From an uncultured Candidatus Saccharibacteria bacterium (GTDB lineage: Bacteria > Patescibacteriota > Minisyncoccia > Phycocordibacterales > Phycocordibacteraceae), in NCBI GenBank assembly GCA_964398865.1, contig CAYNOO010000004.1:1-62469 (forward strand): 62,469 nucleotides of DNA, written 5' to 3'. Positions 9,376 through 18,874 of the stretch are shown here, piece after piece (the stretch's first letter is position 1; each line of letters opens with the position of its first letter). Position numbers and translations under genes: made by a program. The notes beneath the pieces were generated by a model that did no database searches, had not been told where the DNA came from, and worked only from the letters and a program-made list of their open reading frames with translations.

Positions 9376-10209
9376 CTAGCGCTCTCCGTGAACACCCTTC
9401 AATAGGTCAGTATCTTTCCCTGTGTCCTTGAGAAGTTGTATGTTCTTTTCCTGAAAGCTTTTTAGCATCTGCGCGCCCATATCATCGTCCACATTCAATG
9501 CGTAGAAATCATTGAATGCGGCAAGGTCTTTGATAAGACAATATCCGCCAGCGCCTCGCCCTCCTTCAAAATTTACGGTGAGGTGTGTTTTGCCGATCCG
9601 AGGATCTGCTCCAAAAGCATCCTTGACCTTCTCGTAGTCAGCATCGATCTTGTGGGAGAGATCGAACAACATGTTTGCAAAAACCACCTTCATCGCCAAA
9701 AAGACATTGCCGGCGTATTTCACTAACTCGCTTTCCTTAGAAGCAACGATGGTCTTGAAAGGTGCCTCGGGAAATGTGGCCAAGACTGTCTCCGCGGCTG
9801 CCCGATGTTCCGGAGTATCCTTTGGGATACCGATGATGTTTCTATCGGGCTTCCGAACATCCTCATCCGCGGAGCGGGCGCGCAAGAACTCCGGTGAGTG
9901 AAGTATCAGCCTGTCTGGATACATATCCTGAATCTTCTCCGTCATGCCAGGCAACAGCGTCGACTTGATGACCGCGATCTTCCCCGACCCCACGAGTTCC
10001 ATCACTTCCTCAACAATCGACGAATCAAAACCTTCCGGTGTTGTGGGTGTTGGAACCGCGATAATAACGATGTCACAGAGCGCAATAGCTTCTTTATTTT
10101 GTATATGCGCCTCGTCTTTCGAATAACGGGTAACAGGAAAACCACGGCGCTCATAATCGTCCGCATATGCTTTGCCAATGAAGCCTTGACCTATAAATCC
10201 AATCTTCAT
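9376..10209 (-). CDS. UDP-glucose/GDP-mannose dehydrogenase family, short form without C-terminal domain
   Basis: IGQGFIG, IAVPTP, KSTLLPG, SPEFL, SELVKY, GAGGYCLIKD (catalytic Cys). Start moved from 10218 to MKIGFIG. Confidence 0.8.
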   Translation of the reverse strand: MKIGFIGQGFIGKAYADDYERRGFPVTRYSKDEAHIQNKEAIALCDIVIIAVPTPTTPEGFDSSIVEEVMELVGSGKIAVIKSTLLPGMTEKIQDMYPDRLILHSPEFLRARSADEDVRKPDRNIIGIPKDTPEHRAAAETVLATFPEAPFKTIVASKESELVKYAGNVFLAMKVVFANMLFDLSHKIDADYEKVKDAFGADPRIGKTHLTVNFEGGRGAGGYCLIKDLAAFNDFYALNVDDDMGAQMLKSFQEKNIQLLKDTGKDTDLLKGVHGER

Positions 10210-10249
10210 AGAGCGCATAATACTAAAAGAAACACGTTAAAGCGATTCT

Positions 10250-11329
10250 TTATGTAGTACACCCTCTGAGTGCCCTTTGGTAACGGAGCAGATACTCCTC
10301 CATCGACAGAGCATGAGAAGAGGCAGATTCTTGAGCATGGTTGCCTAAACGAGTTCGAAGTGGCGCATCTTCTACAATACGCCGTATCGCCGAAGCGATT
10401 GCGCCGCTGTTTCCGGGAATCACGAGAGCGCTTTCCTCATCCTGTAATACCTCGCCGACAATCCCGACATCAGTCGTGATGATCGCGAGCCCTGCAAGCG
10501 CAGCCTCCATGAGAACCACGCCATACCCTTCGTATCGGGATGCGTGCACGAAAGCATCTGCCTCCGCGTAGTACGTCTCCGGGTTCTGCCATCCGGCAAA
10601 ATGCACTCGCTCTTCCAATCTTAGACGCTGAACCCTCGACTCTAAAGTCTTCTTCAATGGTCCATCACCAACAATGACCAACTCCGCTTGGGGTACGGTG
10701 GCTATTGCATCAATGATGAGATGAATGCGTTTTTCACTCGTCAACCGCGATACACACAAAAGTTTCAGGGCTCCCGTGGATAGCGTTTTATCGTTTCTCT
10801 CTCTTGCCGTAGCTTCGGTACGGATTGGAAGTACTATCACGGGAACACGGGTTATCTTTCGTACGCTTTTTGCGATACGCTCTGAAACAACCCGGATGCA
10901 TTGTGCGCGATTTAAGATGAACGTGGCGATAAGTGCCTCCAGCATACGACGTGGTGATTCCATTAGAAAACCTAATGAAAAACAGTCAGTGTGGAGTTGC
11001 ACTTGGAGCGGAATTTTACGTAACTTCGCAATACCAGAACCCAAGATGCCGATGAAAAAAGGATCTTGCGCTGATACAAGGTCGTACTTCGCATCACGCG
11101 TAAGAGTGTGGAGTGCACGCCGCGCACTGAAAAAGATAGCGAGCTTGTCAGTCCCGCCCGGAGCAACTGCTCGGACATTCGGCGCAACCTGTTTTTCTTC
11201 AGGCGCTCCAGCGCCGACAACTACAATCACCATCTCGTCCACAATGCCCCCGTAGCGAGCCATGCGTGCTGCAACACTCGAATGCTCATCAAAAATCTTC
11301 AGGTCGCTTGAAAGCATCAAGAGGCGCAT
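10250..11329 (-). CDS. GT4 glycosyltransferase
   Basis: VSRLTSEK, SRYEGYGVVLMEAALAG. Confidence 0.85.
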   Translation of the reverse strand: MRLLMLSSDLKIFDEHSSVAARMARYGGIVDEMVIVVVGAGAPEEKQVAPNVRAVAPGGTDKLAIFFSARRALHTLTRDAKYDLVSAQDPFFIGILGSGIAKLRKIPLQVQLHTDCFSLGFLMESPRRMLEALIATFILNRAQCIRVVSERIAKSVRKITRVPVIVLPIRTEATARERNDKTLSTGALKLLCVSRLTSEKRIHLIIDAIATVPQAELVIVGDGPLKKTLESRVQRLRLEERVHFAGWQNPETYYAEADAFVHASRYEGYGVVLMEAALAGLAIITTDVGIVGEVLQDEESALVIPGNSGAIASAIRRIVEDAPLRTRLGNHAQESASSHALSMEEYLLRYQRALRGCTT

Positions 11330-11330
11330 A

Positions 11331-12446
11331 TCACTTCGGACTCATCGATTTTAAGAGCTTCGCAATCTCGTCGATCATCCGCTCATTGGAAAATTGCTTC
11401 ACGCGCCGTTTAGCTGCAACGACTAGTTTGCCACGAAGCGTAGCGTCCCCGAGAAGCGCGAGCGTATGATTGAGTATTGCCTCTCCATCATTGGGTTTCA
11501 CCAAGTAGCCGTTTTGTGCATGTTCGATAATCTCAACATTTCCTCCAACTCTAGTGGTAATAGTTGGTACGCCGATTGCAAGTGCTTCCAAAATGAGATG
11601 TGAGAACCCTTCATAAGCAGTATTAAGTATGAAAACGTCAGACGCCCGAAGATACCGGAGCAGAATGTCCCGCTCCAAAGAACCTGCAAAGATGACATCA
11701 TCCTGAACGCCTACGTCAACAGCGAGCTGCTCAAGCATCTCTGCGTCAGGTCCGCCGCCGATGATAAGGAGCTTCGTTTCAGGAAAAGATTTCTGAATCT
11801 TCGGAAGGAGGCGTATCAGCGTATCAAAGCCTTTCCATGGCACAAGCCTCCCCACTGACACGATGAGCTTCCCATGGAATCTGATCAGTCCTCTCAAGAC
11901 CGGCTTATTGCCGGTGTCCCCCAATTCTTCGATGCCGTTGTATATGACTGAGATATTCTTATTCGACACACCCCACGTCGCGACGATTTTCCCCAAGTAT
12001 TTTGACGGCACGACAACTCGCGCGGCACGGCGCGCGACAGCGCGTTCAATCGCGCGAAAGGTTTTCGGTATCAAGGGAAGAGTCGCATGCTGGAAGGATT
12101 CAATGGTTCCCGAAAAGCCAAACCGTTGAGTCGCCTGCTCCCAGGCGTAATCGCCGACAACCTTCAAGAGAAAAGTCTTCCGCAAAAGAGACGCTGCAAG
12201 TATGGCTGGAACTCCGACAGACATTGGATCTTGCGCGTAGACGATATCTACTCCTCGAGCTTTATCGAGTACGAGGAAAAAATATGCAATGTGGCGCAAC
12301 AGCTTCGGAAGACGCCGTACTTTACTGAAAGGCAGAATGGTAGGCTCTATTGCGTATCCGGGAAGAGCTTTCTCAAGCTTTCTAGAGTAGGTCGCCGGCC
12401 CCCCAATCTCAGGCGGGTAAAGCCCTGTCGCTATAAGAACTTTCAT
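11331..12446 (-). CDS. GT4 glycosyltransferase
   Basis: MKVLIATGLYPPEIGGPATY, VGRLVPWKG, YEGFSHLILEALAIG. Start moved from 12470. Confidence 0.85.
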   Translation of the reverse strand: MKVLIATGLYPPEIGGPATYSRKLEKALPGYAIEPTILPFSKVRRLPKLLRHIAYFFLVLDKARGVDIVYAQDPMSVGVPAILAASLLRKTFLLKVVGDYAWEQATQRFGFSGTIESFQHATLPLIPKTFRAIERAVARRAARVVVPSKYLGKIVATWGVSNKNISVIYNGIEELGDTGNKPVLRGLIRFHGKLIVSVGRLVPWKGFDTLIRLLPKIQKSFPETKLLIIGGGPDAEMLEQLAVDVGVQDDVIFAGSLERDILLRYLRASDVFILNTAYEGFSHLILEALAIGVPTITTRVGGNVEIIEHAQNGYLVKPNDGEAILNHTLALLGDATLRGKLVVAAKRRVKQFSNERMIDEIAKLLKSMSPK

Positions 12447-12508
12447 GAGTGCACTATAACAAATGAGCACTGCACCATGGAGTAAACGTTTTCTTTCGAA
12501 TTCTAGAG

Positions 12509-13741
12509 TTAGAAGATAGAAAACACTTTCTCGCGCATAGCTTTTGCAATACTATCCCAGTCATAAGTCGAAAAAGCCAACGCTCGGGCGGTTTCGATAA
12601 CTTTTTTTACAGCATCAGGATTTTTAATAATCTCCATTACCGTATCCGCAATCTCTGAGGGTGAATCTTTTGAGACGGCAAATCCTGTTGTGGGTTTATC
12701 GGGATTTCGTTTCGCATCAAAGAGAAAATCAGCGAGTCCTCCTTCTTGGGTCGCAATTACCGGAATACCAGCAGCAAAAGCTTCTATGAATGAATTGCCC
12801 ATTCCTTCAGAGCGCGAAGGACGGATAAAGATGTCTGAAATCTTGAGGTATGGCGGGATGTCAGAACCCTGTACGTATCCGACGAACAGTACGCGATCTT
12901 GAAGTGTGGAATTTGTAACTTGTGATTTAAGCTTTTGCTCATCAGGACCATTTCCAAGTATAAGAAATTTTACGTGCGGCGGGAGAGACGGAAGAGCTTG
13001 AATGACGGTATCAATACCGTTTTTGTGTACCAAGCGCGATGTGGTCACTAAAAAGACGTCGCCTTCTTTTTTCCTGAGTTTTTCTTTGAGAGCGGATAAT
13101 CCGGATTCCTGGAACGTGCGCGAAGCGAAAGCTGTATCGACACCATTAGGAATAACTACCGGTTCACCCTTGTATCCCATGCGCTTTGCCCAAGCACCAA
13201 GAAAGGTAGAGATGACCTGTACTTTGTCGGCACTCGTAAAAGCACGTTTAAACAAAGGCCACGCGGGCAAGGCAAGGCGCTCAATATATTCCGGCGGGTC
13301 ACCCTCTTGGAGCGTAAGTACGTATTTTACCGGCGCGAGAAGAGTAAAGATTCCTGCCGCTATGCCGGTTGCATGTGCCATCATCGCCCATATCCCATCA
13401 TAGTGATGCTTATGGTGCAGATGAAGCGCAAACAAGGGTGCAATGATTTGAAAAGTAAATTTATTCAGTGCGAGAGGAAATTTCTTGAGATCAGCCATCG
13501 AGGGATTACGAGTCGCGAATCCGATGCGGTACACAAGTACGTTCCCTACCTGCTCAACGTTAGGCAATGTTGAATCGAAGCGGAGCGTCACCATGTGAAA
13601 CTCAATGTCCGCGGGATGTATGCGGTCAGTAATCTCCTTGATTGCCACTTCGGCGCCACCCACGTATTTCGGATAGTACGCGAGAGAAAAGATTAGAACG
13701 CGTTTCACCCCGTTAGAGGTTTTACCAGAAGAATCACTCAT
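12509..13741 (-). CDS. GT4 glycosyltransferase
   Basis: YYPKYVGGAE, SRLVHKNG, SRSEGMGNSFIEAFAAG. Confidence 0.85.
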   Translation of the reverse strand: MSDSSGKTSNGVKRVLIFSLAYYPKYVGGAEVAIKEITDRIHPADIEFHMVTLRFDSTLPNVEQVGNVLVYRIGFATRNPSMADLKKFPLALNKFTFQIIAPLFALHLHHKHHYDGIWAMMAHATGIAAGIFTLLAPVKYVLTLQEGDPPEYIERLALPAWPLFKRAFTSADKVQVISTFLGAWAKRMGYKGEPVVIPNGVDTAFASRTFQESGLSALKEKLRKKEGDVFLVTTSRLVHKNGIDTVIQALPSLPPHVKFLILGNGPDEQKLKSQVTNSTLQDRVLFVGYVQGSDIPPYLKISDIFIRPSRSEGMGNSFIEAFAAGIPVIATQEGGLADFLFDAKRNPDKPTTGFAVSKDSPSEIADTVMEIIKNPDAVKKVIETARALAFSTYDWDSIAKAMREKVFSIF

Positions 13742-13813
13742 ATAAATTATTTAGAGAATGTGCAGCAAAATATAGTATGAAGTGAATATAGTCAGAACCT
13801 CTAACGGGGTTCA

Positions 13814-14683
13814 TTATTTCTTTCCAGTGACCTCCTTGATGTATTCCTCTACCCCGTGACGAACCTTCCATCCGATTGCCTGCGCTTTGGAGGTATCGAT
13901 AGCCGAGCTCAGTCGGTTTCCTGGTCGCTCCGGCAACATTTCTATTTCACCGCCAAACATCTTGGCGATACCCAAAACCGAATATTCTCGCGTATCTCCG
14001 AGCCCATAGTTATCACCCTCACCTTTTTCACCAACGAGCGCGAGCCCTTCAACGATGTCCAAGACATGCGTGAAATACCGTTTCTGCGTGCCGGGCGTTA
14101 CCACTCCTAACGTTTCTCCGCGGAGAGTTTTCTGTCTGAATATTTCAATAAGCGTACCGTATGCTCCTGCCCGCTCCCGAGGACCGTACACGTTATAGAA
14201 GTAGGTCACGGCGAATGGCAACGAATACCATTCGCCGTAATTCTTCACGAGTTCCGTGTTCGCCGCTTTCGTCCACGCATAGGGCGTTTCAGTACGCGTA
14301 AGACCACCATCACCGAATTTCGTTGAAGATCCTGCATACACGATTTTGCATTTTCGTTTCCTCCAAAACTCAAGAACGCCAAGCGTGCCTACGGTATTCA
14401 AGTCAAACACGATTGCGGGCTCTGCAAGACTGATTTCGACTCGGGAGTATTCACCGAGATGGTAAATCAAATCGACGTTCTCGGGTACAAACTTCTCTAT
14501 GTCTTTCGTATGACCTTCCCGATATTCTACCCCCGCAACATGATTATCTTTGGAGCCGGCAAAATAATTATCAAGCGAGATAACGGTGTGCCCGTCTTTT
14601 ACCAGCCGCTCACAGAGGTGCGACCCGACGAGCCCGGCTCCGCCTGTCACGAGTATTGTTTTCTTTCCTGAATCTTGATTCAT
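13814..14683 (-). CDS. NAD-dependent epimerase/dehydratase (extended SDR)
   Basis: VTGGAGLVGSHL, YAWTK, YFYNVYGP. Confidence 0.85.
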   Translation of the reverse strand: MNQDSGKKTILVTGGAGLVGSHLCERLVKDGHTVISLDNYFAGSKDNHVAGVEYREGHTKDIEKFVPENVDLIYHLGEYSRVEISLAEPAIVFDLNTVGTLGVLEFWRKRKCKIVYAGSSTKFGDGGLTRTETPYAWTKAANTELVKNYGEWYSLPFAVTYFYNVYGPRERAGAYGTLIEIFRQKTLRGETLGVVTPGTQKRYFTHVLDIVEGLALVGEKGEGDNYGLGDTREYSVLGIAKMFGGEIEMLPERPGNRLSSAIDTSKAQAIGWKVRHGVEEYIKEVTGKK

Positions 14684-14698
14684 GTATCTTGCATCTAA

Positions 14699-16129
14699 CT
14701 ATTCTTCTTCAATGATTGTATAGCCTGTTGTCGTACCTTTGCGTGGTCGAATAAGTAACGCTGCTGCTATCCCGATTCCGATTACTGCCAAAAGCCCTAT
14801 AATCCAAGGCAGCATAGCAAATGAACTGAGTATTGGCATTGAGGTAGAACCAAGGGCGGCAATAGGGGCAGCAAGCATACTTCTTGAGGACACGCTCGTC
14901 ACCGCTTCTGAAGGTACAGAAACCCGTTCAACCTGTGAAGCCTCTTGGCTTGCTACTCCTCGCGCCGCGATGAGTTCAGTGCCATATGCCGTTGCTAAGG
15001 TGCCGTTGGGATATAAAAGTGTCACAGCGCTCGGTGACGAAGGTGCAAGACCTGTGGCGACATTTGAAATGGAAACAGATTCACGCGGGAAAAGAATGGT
15101 GTTTGCGGGAAACCTAAATGTCTTTCCATCAGCGGCAAGGAGCCACAGACCTACATTGAGCTCTATGCCGGAAGCATTCGTAATTTCTACAAACTCTTGA
15201 GTTACTTTGGTAAGTGATACGTGCGCAGGAACTACCGTCACGGTAAACCGCGCAGTCGCGCTATACGTTTCTGATGAGGCATCAAGTACTACGGCATACC
15301 GACCAGGGAATGGAAACGCATATAAGACTGAGTACCCTTCACGCACATCGCCGTTGCCGAAATTCCAGACCAGACGGGCATCTCTAATTGAGTCCCCCTT
15401 TAATCCACGCACTGATCCTTGGAATACCGTACCGGCTCCTGCAACCACTACTCTGTTCTCCCCTGCAGAGACACTAATCTGCGGCTCAACAGGATACGAG
15501 CCACCAGTTGATGTTGGAGTAGTTGACGCCACAGAAGAGGAACTAGAAGATTCTTCCTCTTCTTTTTGATTCTCAGTTTCCGTAGCACTTGAGGAACCGC
15601 TGCCAGAGCCCGATGCTGAACCTGGCGTCGGCGCAGAAGCTATAAACGACGAACCAATTTTTTGAAGAGAATTACCATCCCCGTTTGCGCCAAGAGTTGG
15701 ATTATAGGTAACGGAATCAACATCAACGGCACTGTCATTTCGAAGCGTCATTGTCTCACCATTCGTGTTATTCAAACCCCCCGAAAAGACACTATCAAAT
15801 ACGATTCCCGAAAAATTAGGCCAATCAGCCAAGAACTTTTGAGGATTATCGGCTAATACCGCGTAGCCTCCTGTTGCTAGGTTTGATCCTCCCGCGTATG
15901 CACTGATGCCGTGATTAGAGCCGCCTTCAAATAACTTCCATTTTGAAAGGTCAAAAGACTCCCCGGAATTGTAAACCTCTATCCATTCATGACCGTCATC
16001 CGTGCCAGCAGGATCATACATGATTTCAGTTATGGAAACTGCTGCGTATAAAAACGTAGGGAAAGAGATAAAGAGACTGATAAGGATAAGTTTCAATAAA
16101 ACATTTCTTGCTTTATTCATGCATGCCAC
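14699..16129 (-). CDS. Secreted/membrane-anchored lamin-tail-domain + PKD-like protein
   Basis: Signal peptide, ITEIMYDP..DGHEWIEVYN (LTD), Ser/Glu-rich linker, WNFGNG (PKD-like), C-terminal TM helix. Confidence 0.7.
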   Translation of the reverse strand: MACMNKARNVLLKLILISLFISFPTFLYAAVSITEIMYDPAGTDDGHEWIEVYNSGESFDLSKWKLFEGGSNHGISAYAGGSNLATGGYAVLADNPQKFLADWPNFSGIVFDSVFSGGLNNTNGETMTLRNDSAVDVDSVTYNPTLGANGDGNSLQKIGSSFIASAPTPGSASGSGSGSSSATETENQKEEEESSSSSSVASTTPTSTGGSYPVEPQISVSAGENRVVVAGAGTVFQGSVRGLKGDSIRDARLVWNFGNGDVREGYSVLYAFPFPGRYAVVLDASSETYSATARFTVTVVPAHVSLTKVTQEFVEITNASGIELNVGLWLLAADGKTFRFPANTILFPRESVSISNVATGLAPSSPSAVTLLYPNGTLATAYGTELIAARGVASQEASQVERVSVPSEAVTSVSSRSMLAAPIAALGSTSMPILSSFAMLPWIIGLLAVIGIGIAAALLIRPRKGTTTGYTIIEEE

Positions 16130-16181
16130 ACATGACTGCTAAAGCATTATTTTTATCACGAACTCTGACGAGAATGAGTAG

Positions 16182-17678
16182 TTATGCAGTGAGCCCAAAC
16201 TCAGACACGGGGTCTACATGAAGCATGTTTCGAAGATCCGCTTCCGGAATTTCCGCTGCTTTCTTTTCTTCTTTTTTTTCTACGGACTCTTCTTTCTTGT
16301 TTTCGTTTGTTTTTGCTTCAGGCGGTTTTTCTTTTTCCTTTGTAGGCTCTGTTGGAGAAACTTTCGAATCCGTACCTTGCCCTGGAGTCGCGGGGGGAGC
16401 ACCTGCTGCGCGCTTGTTGAAGATAGAGCGGAAGGTATCAGAAAATGAACCTGGCTCACCTTTCTCTTTGTCCTTACTCTCTTCTTTTGGAGGAGGTTTG
16501 AAAAGAGTATCTACCTTGACTCGCGATGTCGTATATTTCTCACGCGATGCCGTCTGAAGATCTTGGTACGACACGCCAGTGCGCTCTGGTCGAGGCAGTG
16601 TCATAGCAAAGAAAGGACGTGCACGCACAGAGTCGATAGTTAAGATAACGCAGACTTCCCCTTCTTTCAGTTTTGCTAAGTCTTCGGGAGAAACGTACGG
16701 ATAAAAAATACTCTCGGCAAGCGAAAAATCAGCCGGATGCGGAGCGAACGCAAGAATCGAGCCGCAACGACGAAACGTTTTCTCATAGAGAGCCTCATCC
16801 TCTTCGTTCTGAGGGGTGTTAGCGAATGCACATGCCACCTTTCGCTCTGGCAATATGCGATCAATATCTTCCTCAGAGAGATACTTCAGGCAATCATAGA
16901 AATACAAAGCTACTTTATCTCCCGCAATTCCTCGGGCGCGTGCAGCATAAGCAAACATACGCACCAAGGGCGTTATGCGGGTCGGAAACATGCGGATGCG
17001 TGACAAATCAATGACCACCACCGCACCTGGTGCGAGAGAGAATTTCGAATTTCTCTGCCCTATGACGTTACGCACCAGAGTGTCCTTAGCGATGTACCGA
17101 CCGTGTTCAGATATGACTTCAACATCCGTGTCGCTTACTTTCAAGATTTTTTCAAAACGGATGCGCTCCGGCGTATCGATACCGAGCATCTTCTCGCGCA
17201 TTCTCGGATCAACGACGGCGTTATACAAAGAGAGAGCGCTCGCGTCCTTGGAGTTAAGAGAGAATTCAGCAATGAATTCTGAAAGCGCCCCTGGAGTAAT
17301 GCGATACATGCTGGCAAGCGCTTCCGATAGCACAGACACAGCTTTCTCTTTAAGCGGACGAAATTCGTCAATGGGATTCCACGAAAAAGGATGTTCACCG
17401 TCCGATGGGTCAAGGAATACAAGTCGCTCCCGTGCGCTCTCGCTCAAGCGCTCCAAAAGCATGGGGGCGAGATTTCCTGATCCATCCAAAATAACGGTAC
17501 TTATTCCCTTTTCTATATCCTGCAATGCCATTCCCACGAAGAGAGTAGACCTGCCTGAACCCGCTTTACCCATGACAGAAAAATGCTCCAAGCGATCGGC
17601 ATCCTTGATGCCAAACGACACGACACCTTCTTTAAAAGCCGTTTTTCCTATATACGTCACCCCGCTGCCCCAATCCAT
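16182..17678 (-). CDS. VirD4/TraD/HerA-like P-loop protein with degenerate Walker motifs
   Basis: H.SVMGKAGSGRST, ILDGSG, FLDPSD.EHPFSWNP; Lys/Glu/Pro-rich C-tail. Confidence 0.6.
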   Translation of the reverse strand: MDWGSGVTYIGKTAFKEGVVSFGIKDADRLEHFSVMGKAGSGRSTLFVGMALQDIEKGISTVILDGSGNLAPMLLERLSESARERLVFLDPSDGEHPFSWNPIDEFRPLKEKAVSVLSEALASMYRITPGALSEFIAEFSLNSKDASALSLYNAVVDPRMREKMLGIDTPERIRFEKILKVSDTDVEVISEHGRYIAKDTLVRNVIGQRNSKFSLAPGAVVVIDLSRIRMFPTRITPLVRMFAYAARARGIAGDKVALYFYDCLKYLSEEDIDRILPERKVACAFANTPQNEEDEALYEKTFRRCGSILAFAPHPADFSLAESIFYPYVSPEDLAKLKEGEVCVILTIDSVRARPFFAMTLPRPERTGVSYQDLQTASREKYTTSRVKVDTLFKPPPKEESKDKEKGEPGSFSDTFRSIFNKRAAGAPPATPGQGTDSKVSPTEPTKEKEKPPEAKTNENKKEESVEKKEEKKAAEIPEADLRNMLHVDPVSEFGLTA

Positions 17679-17724
17679 GAGAGTAAGTGTACAGGTTTCA
17701 GGTTCGCGCTTCCAGGTTAACCTT

Positions 17725-18243
17725 TTACGTCAGAAAAACAGTCTTTTTAACCAAATCGTAAACAGCTTCGGGACTTAAATCGTTCGTATCTATAACTATC
17801 GCCCCCGGTCTCTCACTTTTGAACTTCTCTGCGCTCTCCCATAACTCTTCGACTTTCTGTGGCGTCAACAGGCTGTCAGCGCTATAGCCTCTCTGCGCCG
17901 CTCTTTCAACGACTTTCTGTTTATCTGCAACAAGCACGAACTCGTGTATTTCAGCCCCATACTTCTGCCCTAGGGCAGTGATGGCATTAAGAATGTCGGG
18001 AGCGTCCAAAATGACTTTATCAACGATGACGCTGTTGCCCGTTTTCAGGTAGGAATCGATAGCAGAAACGGTGTACTGATACGCGAGTTTCAAACTTTCC
18101 TCTCGATGCTCTTTGTAGGCACTAATAAATCTCCGCCACACGTCAACTTCTACTAAAAGTGAAAGAGGAATCTCCCTATGGAGCTTTTCTGCGACTGTAG
18201 ATTTTCCAACTCCCGAGGGTCCGTTTATCAGTATCAATTTCAT
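17725..18243 (-). CDS. P-loop kinase (AAA_33/AAA_18-like)
   Basis: MKLILINGPSGVGKST; start moved from 18324. Confidence 0.7.
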   Translation of the reverse strand: MKLILINGPSGVGKSTVAEKLHREIPLSLLVEVDVWRRFISAYKEHREESLKLAYQYTVSAIDSYLKTGNSVIVDKVILDAPDILNAITALGQKYGAEIHEFVLVADKQKVVERAAQRGYSADSLLTPQKVEELWESAEKFKSERPGAIVIDTNDLSPEAVYDLVKKTVFLT

Positions 18244-18265
18244 GCGTGCCTCTTGAAATGTGCTG

Positions 18266-18808
18266 CTACTGCTGTACCTCAACGAGCGTACCCTCTGAGA
18301 AACGCAAGTACTTTGAAACGCCAACCGAAGGCATCGCGGTCATAGGTTCATCCGGCTTTCTCTCGGCGTAATTCACTATCACTTCCCCTTCTCGTATCTC
18401 AGTGGTTTGCGGTGCAATACGGTCGCCCAAAAGAACGCCGTTGGTACCCATATACCCACTGTCGGTCTTGAGAGCGGCAACAATATAATAGAACGTACCG
18501 CTTCCGCCTGTGTCTTGAGTGAGAAGGAATGCGATGTCCGATACGCCATCTTCATTCAAATCTCCTTCGGCATAGTTGCCAAAATATTTCGTCGTTACTT
18601 TCGATGCAGAGCCGGGCGCCGCTTCCATTTCGGAAATGCCGCGGGTTAATGTAATTGTCTGACCATCAATTATATAACTGACATCTTTATAGGTTGGCTG
18701 AAATCCCGTATCTCCCTGCTTTTCATTGTAGATGTATGCGTTAAGTGAAAAGAAGGCAACGACAGCAAGAACAATAAACACAACAAGACCGATGAGAATT
18801 TTTTTCAT
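18266..18808 (-). CDS. Hypothetical membrane-anchored extracytoplasmic protein
   Basis: N-terminal TM helix, GDLNEDG loop; start moved from 18817 to MKKILIG. Confidence 0.55.
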   Translation of the reverse strand: MKKILIGLVVFIVLAVVAFFSLNAYIYNEKQGDTGFQPTYKDVSYIIDGQTITLTRGISEMEAAPGSASKVTTKYFGNYAEGDLNEDGVSDIAFLLTQDTGGSGTFYYIVAALKTDSGYMGTNGVLLGDRIAPQTTEIREGEVIVNYAERKPDEPMTAMPSVGVSKYLRFSEGTLVEVQQ

Positions 18809-18874
18809 AATCCCCATAATAACAAAATTTCCAAGTCACTGTTGGAATTCAATTCTGAAAGTCTATGAAGCGCT

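Noticed and set aside
12900-12935. Heptad-like run inside the GT4 gene (encoding KSQVTNST)
   Set aside because: Only about 4 weak units with a different consensus from the promoter-proximal heptads; cannot be distinguished from chance.
15530-15640. Low-complexity Ser/Gly/Glu tract as a tandem repeat or contingency locus
   Set aside because: The codons are heterogeneous, so it is an ordinary flexible linker.
16975-17778. 267-aa plus-strand ORF and other long antisense ORFs (e.g. 19577-20107, 10725-11255)
   Set aside because: They shadow well-supported minus-strand genes and show no motifs.
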